Origin: Parcubacteria group bacterium
GTDB lineage: Bacteria; Patescibacteriota; Minisyncoccia; SW-4-49-11
NCBI GenBank assembly: GCA_943354045.1
Contig: CALRBF010000001.1
Coordinates: 343,598-407,597, forward strand
Direction of reading: 5' to 3'
Length of the DNA stretch: 64,000 nt
The notes under the pieces were generated by a model. That model did not search any database. It was given only the letters and a program-made list of their open reading frames with translations, and had not been told where the DNA came from. The position numbers and the translations under genes are program-made. The first letter of the stretch is position 1, and the number at the start of each line of letters is the position of its first letter. Positions 29,515 through 39,030 of this stretch are shown here, piece by piece.

Positions 29515-29910
29515 TTATTCAACTTTAGGAGCTTCAGTAGGAGTCTCTTCCTTTGCCTTCTCAGCAATAGCTTCTACGGGGATTTCGCTTAATTTAAGAA
29601 AATCTTTTACGATTAAGAATCGTAGTATAGCAGCTTCTCGAGACAAAGAGCTCTCAAGAGTACTGAGTTTGCTGGGGTCTAATTCAAAAGTAGTTGTGTA
29701 ATAATAACCTTGTCTATAATGCTTAATTGGATAAGCGAATTTTCGAAGATTATTTTCATCGGTACCACCTCTTTCGGCTGAAAATGTTCTCTCGGTCTCA
29801 TTGGGCTTCCCTTCTAGGGATTTGATCTGCTCTGATACTACGGAATTGATAGCAATTTGCTCCTCATCAGTAAGCTCAGGCTTTAGGATATAGGTGATTT
29901 CGTATAACAT
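29515..29910 (-). CDS. rpsF: 30S ribosomal protein S6
   Basis: MLYEITYILKPELTDEE matches S6. The start is chosen at the internal Met, not the extended ORF-track start at 30024. Confidence 0.8.
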   Translation of the reverse strand: MLYEITYILKPELTDEEQIAINSVVSEQIKSLEGKPNETERTFSAERGGTDENNLRKFAYPIKHYRQGYYYTTTFELDPSKLSTLESSLSREAAILRFLIVKDFLKLSEIPVEAIAEKAKEETPTEAPKVE

Positions 29911-30061
29911 TATTCTATACAATACTAATAAACGGACATTTGTCTGTAGATACTCAGACATTGTGAAGTTGAAAGAACTTGCGAAGTTTGTTGTTATTAT
30001 AGCATAAAACTGAATATTTAGCAATAGTAAAGAAAAAACCCTCCAAGTATGGGGAGGGTTG

Positions 30062-30433
30062 CTAATGAGAATTGTGCGATATTATCAGATCAAGATATCT
30101 CTGAATAATTGCATAATGCCTTTCTTGTCTTCCTGTCAGCGTACCTAACTCATCATAATGAAGTGTGAACAATTCATTGATGCGCCTGAGTTGGCCAAGG
30201 ACTAGATGAAATTCACTCTCATTCAATGGTAAGGAATGAAGGGTATATTTTCCTATATGCATAGGCTTTAAAACATTCTGATGAAGTTCCTCAAGAAGAC
30301 TTAACACCTCTTCAGTTACTGGATCTTCTAAATTCCTACGGCTAAAAATCAAGAGATGTTCTCTGATGATATTCTTGGGATTATGGGAAAGAGTAGTTTG
30401 TTGAGGCGGAAAAAGAAACCAGGATTGAGACAT
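30062..30433 (-). CDS. hypothetical protein
   Basis: ORF with slightly elevated GC and no recognisable motif. Confidence 0.3.
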   Translation of the reverse strand: MSQSWFLFPPQQTTLSHNPKNIIREHLLIFSRRNLEDPVTEEVLSLLEELHQNVLKPMHIGKYTLHSLPLNESEFHLVLGQLRRINELFTLHYDELGTLTGRQERHYAIIQRYLDLIISHNSH

Positions 30434-30535
30434 GATTAATAAGGTGCAGAGGAATGCTTTTATTGTATCATATCTCTAGTAAAAAAGCTGAATATATAGT
30501 ATACTGGGGGCTATATAAGAGTTAATTATTATACT

Positions 30536-31606
30536 ATGTCTTTATCAATTGGTATTGTGGGCTTACCCAATGTTGGTAAATCTACTTTATTTCAAACCCT
30601 TACCAAAAAACAAGTCTCAGCTGAGAATTATCCTTTTTGTACTATTGAGCCTAATATCGGTACAGTTCCTGTGCCAGATAGTCGTCTTCAGGCTTTGGCT
30701 GATATTTCTAAATCTCTCAAAGTTTTACCCACCACTATAGAATTTATTGATATTGCGGGGCTTGTAAGAGGGGCGTCCAAGGGAGAGGGTCTTGGAAATG
30801 CTTTTTTAGCTAATATTCGATCAGTAGATGCTATTTGTCATGTGATAAGGAGTTTTCATAATGATGATATTACTCATGTAGAAAATAGAATACATCCCCT
30901 AGAAGACGCAGACATTATTAATACTGAGCTTTTATTGGCTGATCTTGATCAAATTACTAAAGCTTTACCACAAGTTGAGAAAAAAGCCAAGTCAAAAGAT
31001 GCTTTATCCCTCGAAGTATTGCCGATATTACAAAAAATATTACCCCAAATTGAATCAGGAACTGCTATTCGAGATGCGGGATTAGATTCAGAAGAGTTAT
31101 TTGCTATCAAATCATATAGTTTTCTTACCGCAAAGCCAATGCTCTATGTAGTAAATACCGATGAGACCTATACTCTGAATGATGATTTAATACAGTCTTT
31201 GGGTAAATCTATTATCCCACTATCAATCAAAATTGAATCAGAAATTAGTTTAATGGAAGAGGAGGAGCAAAAAGAATATTTAGCTATGCTGGGGCGAGAT
31301 ATAAGTGGACTTGATGTGTTAATTCGGGCAGGATATGATTTGCTTAACTTAATATCTTTTCTTACTACGGGGCCTCAAGAAACCAGGGCTTGGACAGTGG
31401 GACGAGGAACTTTGGCCCCACAGGCTGGGGGAGTAATTCACTCAGATATTGAGCGGGGATTTATTATGGCGGATATTATATCGTATCAGGACTTTATTGA
31501 TTGTGGAGGAGAATCTGGTGCTCGGCAACAAGGTAAACTTAGACAAGAAGGAAAGTCATATATCATTCAAGATGGAGATATATGTCATTTTAAGTTTAAT
31601 GTGTAA
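30536..31606 (+). CDS. ychF: Ribosome-binding ATPase YchF
   Basis: GIVGLPNVGKSTLF, NYPFCTIEPN, DIAGLV and the C-terminal TGS domain. Confidence 0.9.
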   Translation: MSLSIGIVGLPNVGKSTLFQTLTKKQVSAENYPFCTIEPNIGTVPVPDSRLQALADISKSLKVLPTTIEFIDIAGLVRGASKGEGLGNAFLANIRSVDAICHVIRSFHNDDITHVENRIHPLEDADIINTELLLADLDQITKALPQVEKKAKSKDALSLEVLPILQKILPQIESGTAIRDAGLDSEELFAIKSYSFLTAKPMLYVVNTDETYTLNDDLIQSLGKSIIPLSIKIESEISLMEEEEQKEYLAMLGRDISGLDVLIRAGYDLLNLISFLTTGPQETRAWTVGRGTLAPQAGGVIHSDIERGFIMADIISYQDFIDCGGESGARQQGKLRQEGKSYIIQDGDICHFKFNV

Positions 31607-31766
31607 GAGATTCGTAGTGGAGGGATTATACAATTATAAATTATGAATTATGTCGGGGGAGTGTTGCTCCTACGAAAAAATGGAGGGATGCTTCGCCACG
31701 AATGAACAATATAATTCAAATCTCTATAAATTTATGCTATGATAAATACAGATAATCTATAAATCT

Positions 31767-32042
31767 ATGAATTTATCTAAGTATCGATTTGAGGAAATAA
31801 TAAAAAGAGCCTATTTTAGTGGGGGTGGGTTTCTCTCATCTGGAGCTACTAGCGATCAGAAAAAAGAATATATTAAAGCTTTATTTGATGATGCTTTTGA
31901 TCGTTATGGCAAGGATAGAGATTTGGTATCGCTAGAGGAGTGGAATGAGATAAAGGATCATCTTATCTCCAATAAAAAGGATATTATATCCGAGGAAGAT
32001 ATAGAGATATTGGCTAAAGTAATAGAAGAAGAATTAAGGTAA
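31767..32042 (+). CDS. hypothetical protein
   Basis: ORF only. Confidence 0.3.
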   Translation: MNLSKYRFEEIIKRAYFSGGGFLSSGATSDQKKEYIKALFDDAFDRYGKDRDLVSLEEWNEIKDHLISNKKDIISEEDIEILAKVIEEELR

Positions 32043-32048
32043 AATATT

Positions 32049-32291
32049 ATGAAAACAATGGAAGATTATGCTAAAGAGGTTACAAAAAGAGCTGGCATCT
32101 CTGAATTTAGTGATGAAGCAAAAACTGTTCACGAAGAAATATATAGAGTTATGGGTGGGGGTAAGTACAAGCCCTTTAATGCAAATGATTTGGGTAAATA
32201 TGGTAGCACAATTTCTAATAATATCATAAGGACTAATTCACGTCTTGGAACACGGGTTGCTCCTCATCTTTCTAGTGTCTTAAAGAAATAA
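32049..32291 (+). CDS. hypothetical protein
   Basis: ORF only. Confidence 0.3.
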   Translation: MKTMEDYAKEVTKRAGISEFSDEAKTVHEEIYRVMGGGKYKPFNANDLGKYGSTISNNIIRTNSRLGTRVAPHLSSVLKK

Positions 32292-32294
32292 ATA

Positions 32295-33368
32295 ATGACT
32301 CAGGAGCGAGCCTATAATCTTTTAGGTGAAATAAAAGAGAAGTGGAATCAAGTGGAGCTCGGAATACGGCTTGAGGATTTACAAAAAGACTTACAGGAAT
32401 ATACCTTAAAGTCAGAAAACCCTCAATTATGGGATAATCCAGAAGAAGCTCAGAATATTCTCAAATATCTGTCTCATACTCAAAAAAAGATACAAGATAT
32501 CAAAAATATCCCTGAGCAGTTAGAATTTATAGAGCAAATACTATCTGAGGGGGATTTGGATTATGAAGAGGAATTACAAGCTCTTAATAATCTTGTTAAT
32601 GAATATTGGAGAAGTTTATTTTTTAACTCAGAATATGATGCGGGTAATGCTCTGGTCTTTATACAGGCCGGAGCCGGAGGCGTCGATGCCCAAGATTTTG
32701 CGGAGATGATAACAAAAATGTATATCTCATATGCCAAGTCTCGAAATTTTGAGGTAAATGTGATAGAATATATACAAGGCCAAGAGGCTGGAATCAAACG
32801 CTCCTTGCTACAAATAAAAGGTCAATATGCCTATGGAATTTTTCGCCAAGAGCGAGGAGTTCATCGTCTGGTGAGAGTTTCTCCATTTAATGCAGCGGGC
32901 CTCCGGCACACCTCATTTGTGATGGTGCAAGCATTGCCAGAAATGGAAGATATACATTCTCATGATATTGTTATTAATCCAAGCGACCTCAAAATTGATG
33001 TATATCGCTCTCAAGGAGCTGGGGGGCAAAGTGTTAATACTACTGACTCAGCTGTTCGAATAACGCATATACCGACTAATATTGTAGTGGCAATACAGAC
33101 AGAACGCTCTCAATTGCAAAATAAAGCATTGGCAATGAGTATTCTCAAAGCTAAATTATGGGAATTAAAACAAGCTGAGAGAAAACAAGAGCAAGCTGAC
33201 CATACGGAAGATATATCTATTTCATGGGGAAATCATATTCGGTCTTATGTATTGAACCCTTATAAATTGGTAAAAGATCAGCGTAGTGGATTTGAAACAA
33301 CAGATGTAGATGGGGTTTTGGCAGGGAATTTAGAAGAAATTATTACATCAGTGCTTATATCTAAATAA
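32295..33368 (+). CDS. prfB: Peptide chain release factor 2 (single ORF, no programmed frameshift)
   Basis: SPF tripeptide motif and GGQ (RSQGAGGQSVN). Continuous reading frame from MTQERAYN. Confidence 0.9.
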   Translation: MTQERAYNLLGEIKEKWNQVELGIRLEDLQKDLQEYTLKSENPQLWDNPEEAQNILKYLSHTQKKIQDIKNIPEQLEFIEQILSEGDLDYEEELQALNNLVNEYWRSLFFNSEYDAGNALVFIQAGAGGVDAQDFAEMITKMYISYAKSRNFEVNVIEYIQGQEAGIKRSLLQIKGQYAYGIFRQERGVHRLVRVSPFNAAGLRHTSFVMVQALPEMEDIHSHDIVINPSDLKIDVYRSQGAGGQSVNTTDSAVRITHIPTNIVVAIQTERSQLQNKALAMSILKAKLWELKQAERKQEQADHTEDISISWGNHIRSYVLNPYKLVKDQRSGFETTDVDGVLAGNLEEIITSVLISK

Positions 33369-33383
33369 ATATTAATTAGTTCT

Positions 33384-34070
33384 ATGATTTTATTCAAAAA
33401 TGTAACCAAAACATATGGAGAGGAGGAGTCCTTTGCAATTGAAAATATTAATCTCAAAATAGAGGATGGAGAATTTGTAGTTCTTGTTGGGCAAAGTGGT
33501 GCGGGAAAATCCACTCTGATGAAGCTTATTACGGGAGAACAGAAACCAGATAAGGGTGAGGTGTATTTAGGAAAAACTCGAGTTAATGATTTAAGATACA
33601 AAGATTTACCTCAACATAGAAGAGCTTTAGGAATTATTTTTCAAGACTTTAAGCTATTAGCTCAGAAAACTGCTTTTGAAAATATTGCTTTTGCAATGGA
33701 AATATTGGGCAAAGATAGTAATGAAATTGCCCGTAAAGTCCCACGATTTTTGAATATTGTGGGTATGGGAGCTAAGGCTAATAAATTTCCTAATCAATTA
33801 TCAGGGGGGGAAAGGCAAAGAATAGCTATTGCCCGAGCTCTTATCAATGAACCAGCGGTATTATTAGCTGATGAGCCGACAGGAAATCTGGATGTATTTA
33901 ATAGTTGGGATATTGTGAATTTACTTCTTAAAATTAATGAACAACTCAAAACAACTATTATTTTTGCAACCCATAATAAAGAAGTAGTAAACAGTATTAA
34001 TAAACGTGTTATCAGCCTTGATAAAGGTAACATTATTCGTGATAGCCTAGACGGAAAATATATTATCTAA
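33384..34070 (+). CDS. ftsE: Cell division ATP-binding protein FtsE
   Basis: Walker A GQSGAGKST, LSGGERQR, ADEPTGNLD. Confidence 0.85.
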   Translation: MILFKNVTKTYGEEESFAIENINLKIEDGEFVVLVGQSGAGKSTLMKLITGEQKPDKGEVYLGKTRVNDLRYKDLPQHRRALGIIFQDFKLLAQKTAFENIAFAMEILGKDSNEIARKVPRFLNIVGMGAKANKFPNQLSGGERQRIAIARALINEPAVLLADEPTGNLDVFNSWDIVNLLLKINEQLKTTIIFATHNKEVVNSINKRVISLDKGNIIRDSLDGKYII

Positions 34071-34085
34071 ATCAATATAAAATTT

Positions 34086-35015
34086 ATGGACTCATTCTTC
34101 ACTAATATCATACGCAGCATTACCTATGGATTCCAAAATTTTGGGCGTAATTTATTCTTATCTATTGCTACTACCAGTATTATGGTGCTCACCTTATTTG
34201 GGCTAGGATTCTTTATGGTTATTAATCAAATTAGCAGTGATGCTTTAACTAGTGTACAAAATAAAGTAAATATTAGTATATATCTAAAAGATGGTATAGA
34301 ACAATCTCAAATAGATGAATTTCAGAATTATGTAAAAGGTCTCGAAGGTGTGAGAGAAATTGATTTGGTGACTAAAGAAGAGGCCTTAGATAAATTTAAA
34401 GAAACGTATAAAGATAATCCTTCTATTCTCCAATCATTACAAGTATTAGATACTAATCCTCTCCCAGTAACTTTAGTGATTCAGGCTGAAAATAGTAAAT
34501 TTTATCAAAAAATTAATGATACCGTATTGAGCTCACAATATAAAGATACTGTTATTCAAGAAACTGATTTTCAAAAATCAACCTCAAAAGAAATTATTGA
34601 TAAATTAAATAAAATTATTAGTGTAACTCGTAATGTAGGGATTAGTGTGATTGTGGTACTTGCTACTATTGCGGTATTAATTACCTATAACACTATTCGA
34701 TTGACACTCTATTCTTATCGTCAAGAAATTGAAATTATGCGTTTGGTTGGGGCTAGTGACTCTCAAATTAAAGGTCCGTTTTTTGTAGAGGGTATATTAT
34801 TCGGTATATTTGGAACCTTTATCAGTTTCCTCATTCTGTTTATTGTAGTTCTTGCTATCTCAGGACCAATTACTGCCTTTGTAGATGGAGCTCAGTCCCC
34901 AAGTAGCTATGTTCTCGGGAAAGCATTTCTGATTATTGGAGTTCAATTAGCTGCTGGAATAGCTCTTGGAGTCGGAAGTAGTCTTATTGCCATTAATCGT
35001 TATCTAAAAGTTTAA
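34086..35015 (+). CDS. ftsX: Cell division permease FtsX
   Basis: Immediately downstream of ftsE. 4-TM topology with a large periplasmic loop. Confidence 0.75.
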   Translation: MDSFFTNIIRSITYGFQNFGRNLFLSIATTSIMVLTLFGLGFFMVINQISSDALTSVQNKVNISIYLKDGIEQSQIDEFQNYVKGLEGVREIDLVTKEEALDKFKETYKDNPSILQSLQVLDTNPLPVTLVIQAENSKFYQKINDTVLSSQYKDTVIQETDFQKSTSKEIIDKLNKIISVTRNVGISVIVVLATIAVLITYNTIRLTLYSYRQEIEIMRLVGASDSQIKGPFFVEGILFGIFGTFISFLILFIVVLAISGPITAFVDGAQSPSSYVLGKAFLIIGVQLAAGIALGVGSSLIAINRYLKV

Positions 35016-35026
35016 TTTATTTCATT

Positions 35027-35605
35027 ATGCAATTATCTGATGTCGATATAAAGAAAGGAATCGAATTGGGAGATATTATCATTAATGATTTTGATGAATC
35101 TCGTCTTCAACCCGCTAGCTATGATGTTTTGCTTGGATATGAGTTTATGATTTTTAATAGTCACAAATTTGAATATATTGACCCTAAAAAATCTGTTCAT
35201 GAGTTTATGGAAAAAGTTACTTTAAAAGACAAAGATGAATACTTTGTAATACATCCAGGTCAATTCGTATTAGGGGTCACCAAAGATTATTTTGGATGTA
35301 ATGAAAAATATGCCTGCCAAATTATGGGTAAAAGCTCTCTTGCGCGATACGGATTAATTGTACATACCACGGCTGGATTTATTGATCCGGGCAATAGGCT
35401 TAATGCTACTCTTGAATTTGTAAATACTAATACCGTGCCAATTCGGCTTTATCCAGAAATGAAAATTGCCCAAATTGCTTTTTATGAGCTCAAAACCCCC
35501 GCTCAAAATGCTTATGGCTCAGCCTCTCTAGGGAGTAAATATTATGACTCCAGAGGAGTACAAGCAAGTGATATGCATAAAAATTTTGATAATAAAGAAG
35601 AATAA
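35027..35605 (+). CDS. dcd: dCTP deaminase
   Basis: LQPASYDV, the HPGQFVLG jelly-roll core, and an E-containing active-site region. Confidence 0.85.
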   Translation: MQLSDVDIKKGIELGDIIINDFDESRLQPASYDVLLGYEFMIFNSHKFEYIDPKKSVHEFMEKVTLKDKDEYFVIHPGQFVLGVTKDYFGCNEKYACQIMGKSSLARYGLIVHTTAGFIDPGNRLNATLEFVNTNTVPIRLYPEMKIAQIAFYELKTPAQNAYGSASLGSKYYDSRGVQASDMHKNFDNKEE

Positions 35606-35606
35606 T

Positions 35607-37262
35607 ATGGCATATGAGTATTTTACATTCACAGTTTCAGACCCAGATAAAACAGATTTAGTTATTGTCTCAGTGACCGATACTCGTACAGGATATACTG
35701 TCAGAACAGCTCTTCCTAATTCGGGTAAACAAACAGCTTCTATTATGGCTTTTGCCGGAGCAAGATTTTCTCGCTCTGCTTTATCTGCAGAAGAATTATT
35801 CCAAGAAATTCAAGCGGCGGGAAGCAATGCTAATGAAAAATTAGCCAATATATTTCGCAATTATGGACACTCCTCAGTAGCAGATATGGCTCAATTATTT
35901 GCCTATATTGAGCAAATTCCAGATCATTATTCTACTATTTTCTTTAATGAGACTAGTGTAGGAGGTGGGCAGCAGCGCTCAACACGCTATCAAGACTTTG
36001 GGAATAGTAAACCTCTTGGATTAGAGAGTCTGGGGATTCTCTCAGATAAAGAGAATTATGATAAGGTGAATGAATCTCTTTTAGATTTACAACAATATGC
36101 CCTCGATAAATACAAATATTGGCAAGCAGAATTAACTGGCGTCTATATCAAGGGGTATGGAATTGATGAGAATAATAAATCAGAAACGGGCGCCCTCACA
36201 GCTCGGGTATTTGATTCTACCCGATATTTTCTCCCCTCAGGGCTTATGAATAAAACCTCTCTTGCCTATATTACCTCAGCTCGGGAATGGGCCCGACTAA
36301 TTTCTGTTTTTAAAGCCTCAGCTGAGCAAGAATTAGTATATTTAGCTGAGCAATTAGAAGTATTATTTGCCCCAGATGAAGCTTATGCAAAAGAAATTAA
36401 TTATACCGCAGAAGCCCCAGATTTAATTCGCCATACCCAAGCAGATACGATTACTCGTAATAATCTTAGCGAACTCAAAAAATATCTTATTGAAGAGGCG
36501 AATATAGAACAATATTTAGAATTACGCCAGACTATTAGCTATCATAATCTCAATGTTGAATTATTAGATATTAAGCTAAGTGCGGGGTCTAAAATTCTCT
36601 TTCAGCATATTCTTACCCTTTACCCGAATGCAACTGTTAAATCAATATTAGACTGGACCGTCACACTCACAAAAGAGCAAGAAAAAACTATATCTCAAAT
36701 ACTATTCAAAGACTTTAATCATCATAAGCAAATGGGGAATCTATTTAGAGTAAATACCCATAGTTTTGTATTGACCAGTTCTAATTCTGAGCTAAGAGAC
36801 TTAAATCGTCATCGTGCTTGGGGACGATATATACCAACTCTCAATACAGAGAATTATGAAGCGTCATTGTATAATGGATATACGCTACCATTATATCTTA
36901 CCGATAATCCTATATTTTCATCTGTCCGAGAGAAATTCGAGAAGGATTTACAAGGGTATTATGTCAAATTGCAGGACTTTGTTGCACTTACTCGTGAATA
37001 TACATGGTTCCCTCAATATCTCTGGACACAATTATTGCCATTTGGGCATATTTTTATGAGTGTTTTTCATGCTTCTCCAAAAGAAATTAATTATATGACA
37101 CAACTTCGAGTGAGGCCAGGAGGGCATATTAATTATCGCTATTTAGCCTATGAATTAGCACGTCTTGGGGCTGAAAGTGAACCATTATTATCAGCACTTA
37201 TTCCTGATACTATTACAAAACCCGATGCCAGCTCAAGAGAAGAATTTATTGATAGAAGTTAG
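35607..37262 (+). CDS. ThyX-like (flavin-dependent thymidylate synthase family) protein of double length, possible fused pseudo-dimer
   Basis: The first half has H..FAYIE...GGGQQRSTRY (an S-x-RY element). The second half has RHRAWGRY and HASPKEINYMTQLRVRPGGHINYRYLAYELA (ThyX C-terminal R..LR...H..E pattern). It lies immediately after dcd. The start is chosen at MAYEYF; the ORF track extends to 35544. Confidence 0.4.
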   Translation: MAYEYFTFTVSDPDKTDLVIVSVTDTRTGYTVRTALPNSGKQTASIMAFAGARFSRSALSAEELFQEIQAAGSNANEKLANIFRNYGHSSVADMAQLFAYIEQIPDHYSTIFFNETSVGGGQQRSTRYQDFGNSKPLGLESLGILSDKENYDKVNESLLDLQQYALDKYKYWQAELTGVYIKGYGIDENNKSETGALTARVFDSTRYFLPSGLMNKTSLAYITSAREWARLISVFKASAEQELVYLAEQLEVLFAPDEAYAKEINYTAEAPDLIRHTQADTITRNNLSELKKYLIEEANIEQYLELRQTISYHNLNVELLDIKLSAGSKILFQHILTLYPNATVKSILDWTVTLTKEQEKTISQILFKDFNHHKQMGNLFRVNTHSFVLTSSNSELRDLNRHRAWGRYIPTLNTENYEASLYNGYTLPLYLTDNPIFSSVREKFEKDLQGYYVKLQDFVALTREYTWFPQYLWTQLLPFGHIFMSVFHASPKEINYMTQLRVRPGGHINYRYLAYELARLGAESEPLLSALIPDTITKPDASSREEFIDRS

Positions 37263-37300
37263 TTTTTGATTTTTAACCACAATAGGCGTATACTAGATAG

Positions 37301-39028
37301 ATGAAACAAGCTCCCCAAAAGCCAAAAATTGATTTTACTTTTCTCAAGCCATATATAAGTTGGACAATAGTATTAATTATATTCTTATTTTTATCTAATG
37401 GGGCTACTCTTCTAATTCCACGTATATTAGGATCTAGTATTGATAATTTTAGTAAAAATGGAGCTAATTATAATATTAACGGAGATTTATGGCTTTTGGC
37501 GGGAATTGCTGTCGGGATATTAATTCTCACCTTATTACAAACTATAATCAGTGTATATGTAGCTGAGCGCGTAGCAAAGGATTTACGACAAAATTTAATT
37601 CAAAAAATTCTCTCTCAACCTATTAGTTTTGTAAATAAGCGAGAAGTTTCAGATTTATTTACCAATATTACATCAGATACTGAGCAGGTTAAAGATATTA
37701 TTTCCCAGGGATTTGCTAGTATATTCTCAGCTATTATTATATTAATTGGTAGTGTTATTTTACTCTTTAGTATTAATGTGAGATTGGCATTTATTGCAAT
37801 TGTGACCTTGCCCCTTATTATTGCAGTTTTTGCTTTCATTTTTAAAAATATATCTTCATTATTTCGCTCTGCTCAAGAAGTTTTAGGAAATATCAATAAA
37901 GTTATTAATGAAAGTGTTCTCGGTGCTATGTTAATTCGGGTATTAAATGCGCAAAATTATGAAAATACAAAATTTCAAGAAGTAAATATACGAAGCCGTG
38001 ATATTGGATTTAAAATCACCAATTTGTTTGCAAGCCTTATTCCTGCTATTAATTTAGTTTCAAATTTTGCTATTATATCTATTATTTGGTTTGGAGGGAG
38101 GCAGGTAATGGTAGAGGATTTAACTTTAGGAGAATTTAGTGCCTTTATTTCCTATTTTAATCTTTTGATTACTCCAATTTTTATACTGGGATTTGTAAGT
38201 AGCTTTATATCTCGCGGACTTGTATCATTATCTCGTATACAAGAGGTATTACAAGCTCCTGAAGCCCCAGCTATTGATGAGTCAACCTTAATCCGCCAAG
38301 AAGTAAAAGGAAATATTGTGTTTGATAAGGTGTGTTATGAAATTGATGGAAAGTCATTATTAAAAGATATTTCATTTGCGATTAATCCTCAAACCAAAAA
38401 TGCTATAATTGGACCAACAGGATCGGGTAAAAGCCTCATATTATCTCTTCTCACAGGTCTTATTCAGCCAAGTGGAGGACAGATTTTAATAGATGATATT
38501 CCGCTTAATCAATGGGATCCTAAATATATATTTAAAACCATGGGATTAGTATTTCAAGAAAGTATTTTGTTTAATTCTTCGCTTACTGATAATATTGTAT
38601 TTAACCAGAGTATATCAGAAGAAGAACTACAAAAGGCATTAAATACTACCAATGTTTCTGAAATTATAGAGAATCTTCCTAATAAGCTTGCGACGCAAAT
38701 CAGTGAGCGTGGAACCAATCTCTCAGGAGGACAAAAACAACGTATAATGCTTGCTCGCGCCCTTGTGAGAAGTCCTAAAATACTCTTACTAGATGATTTT
38801 ACTGCTCGGGTAGATCTTAAGACAGAAAAAGAAATTATTAGCTCATTATTTACCAATTATCCAGATATTACTCTTATTTCTATTACCCAAAAAATAGAAC
38901 CAATTCAAGAATATGATCAAATCATTGTGATTATGGAGGGAGAACTTTTGGCAACAGGTACTCATACAGAATTATTGAAGTCCTCTATTGAATACACTCA
39001 AATTTGGCAAAGTCAACAAACCACATAA
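37301..39028 (+). CDS. ABC exporter, fused permease-ATPase (half transporter 1)
   Basis: 6-TM domain, Walker A GPTGSGKS, LSGGQKQR, Walker B LLLDDFTA (catalytic E replaced). Confidence 0.8.
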   Translation: MKQAPQKPKIDFTFLKPYISWTIVLIIFLFLSNGATLLIPRILGSSIDNFSKNGANYNINGDLWLLAGIAVGILILTLLQTIISVYVAERVAKDLRQNLIQKILSQPISFVNKREVSDLFTNITSDTEQVKDIISQGFASIFSAIIILIGSVILLFSINVRLAFIAIVTLPLIIAVFAFIFKNISSLFRSAQEVLGNINKVINESVLGAMLIRVLNAQNYENTKFQEVNIRSRDIGFKITNLFASLIPAINLVSNFAIISIIWFGGRQVMVEDLTLGEFSAFISYFNLLITPIFILGFVSSFISRGLVSLSRIQEVLQAPEAPAIDESTLIRQEVKGNIVFDKVCYEIDGKSLLKDISFAINPQTKNAIIGPTGSGKSLILSLLTGLIQPSGGQILIDDIPLNQWDPKYIFKTMGLVFQESILFNSSLTDNIVFNQSISEEELQKALNTTNVSEIIENLPNKLATQISERGTNLSGGQKQRIMLARALVRSPKILLLDDFTARVDLKTEKEIISSLFTNYPDITLISITQKIEPIQEYDQIIVIMEGELLATGTHTELLKSSIEYTQIWQSQQTT

Positions 39029-39030
39029 AT

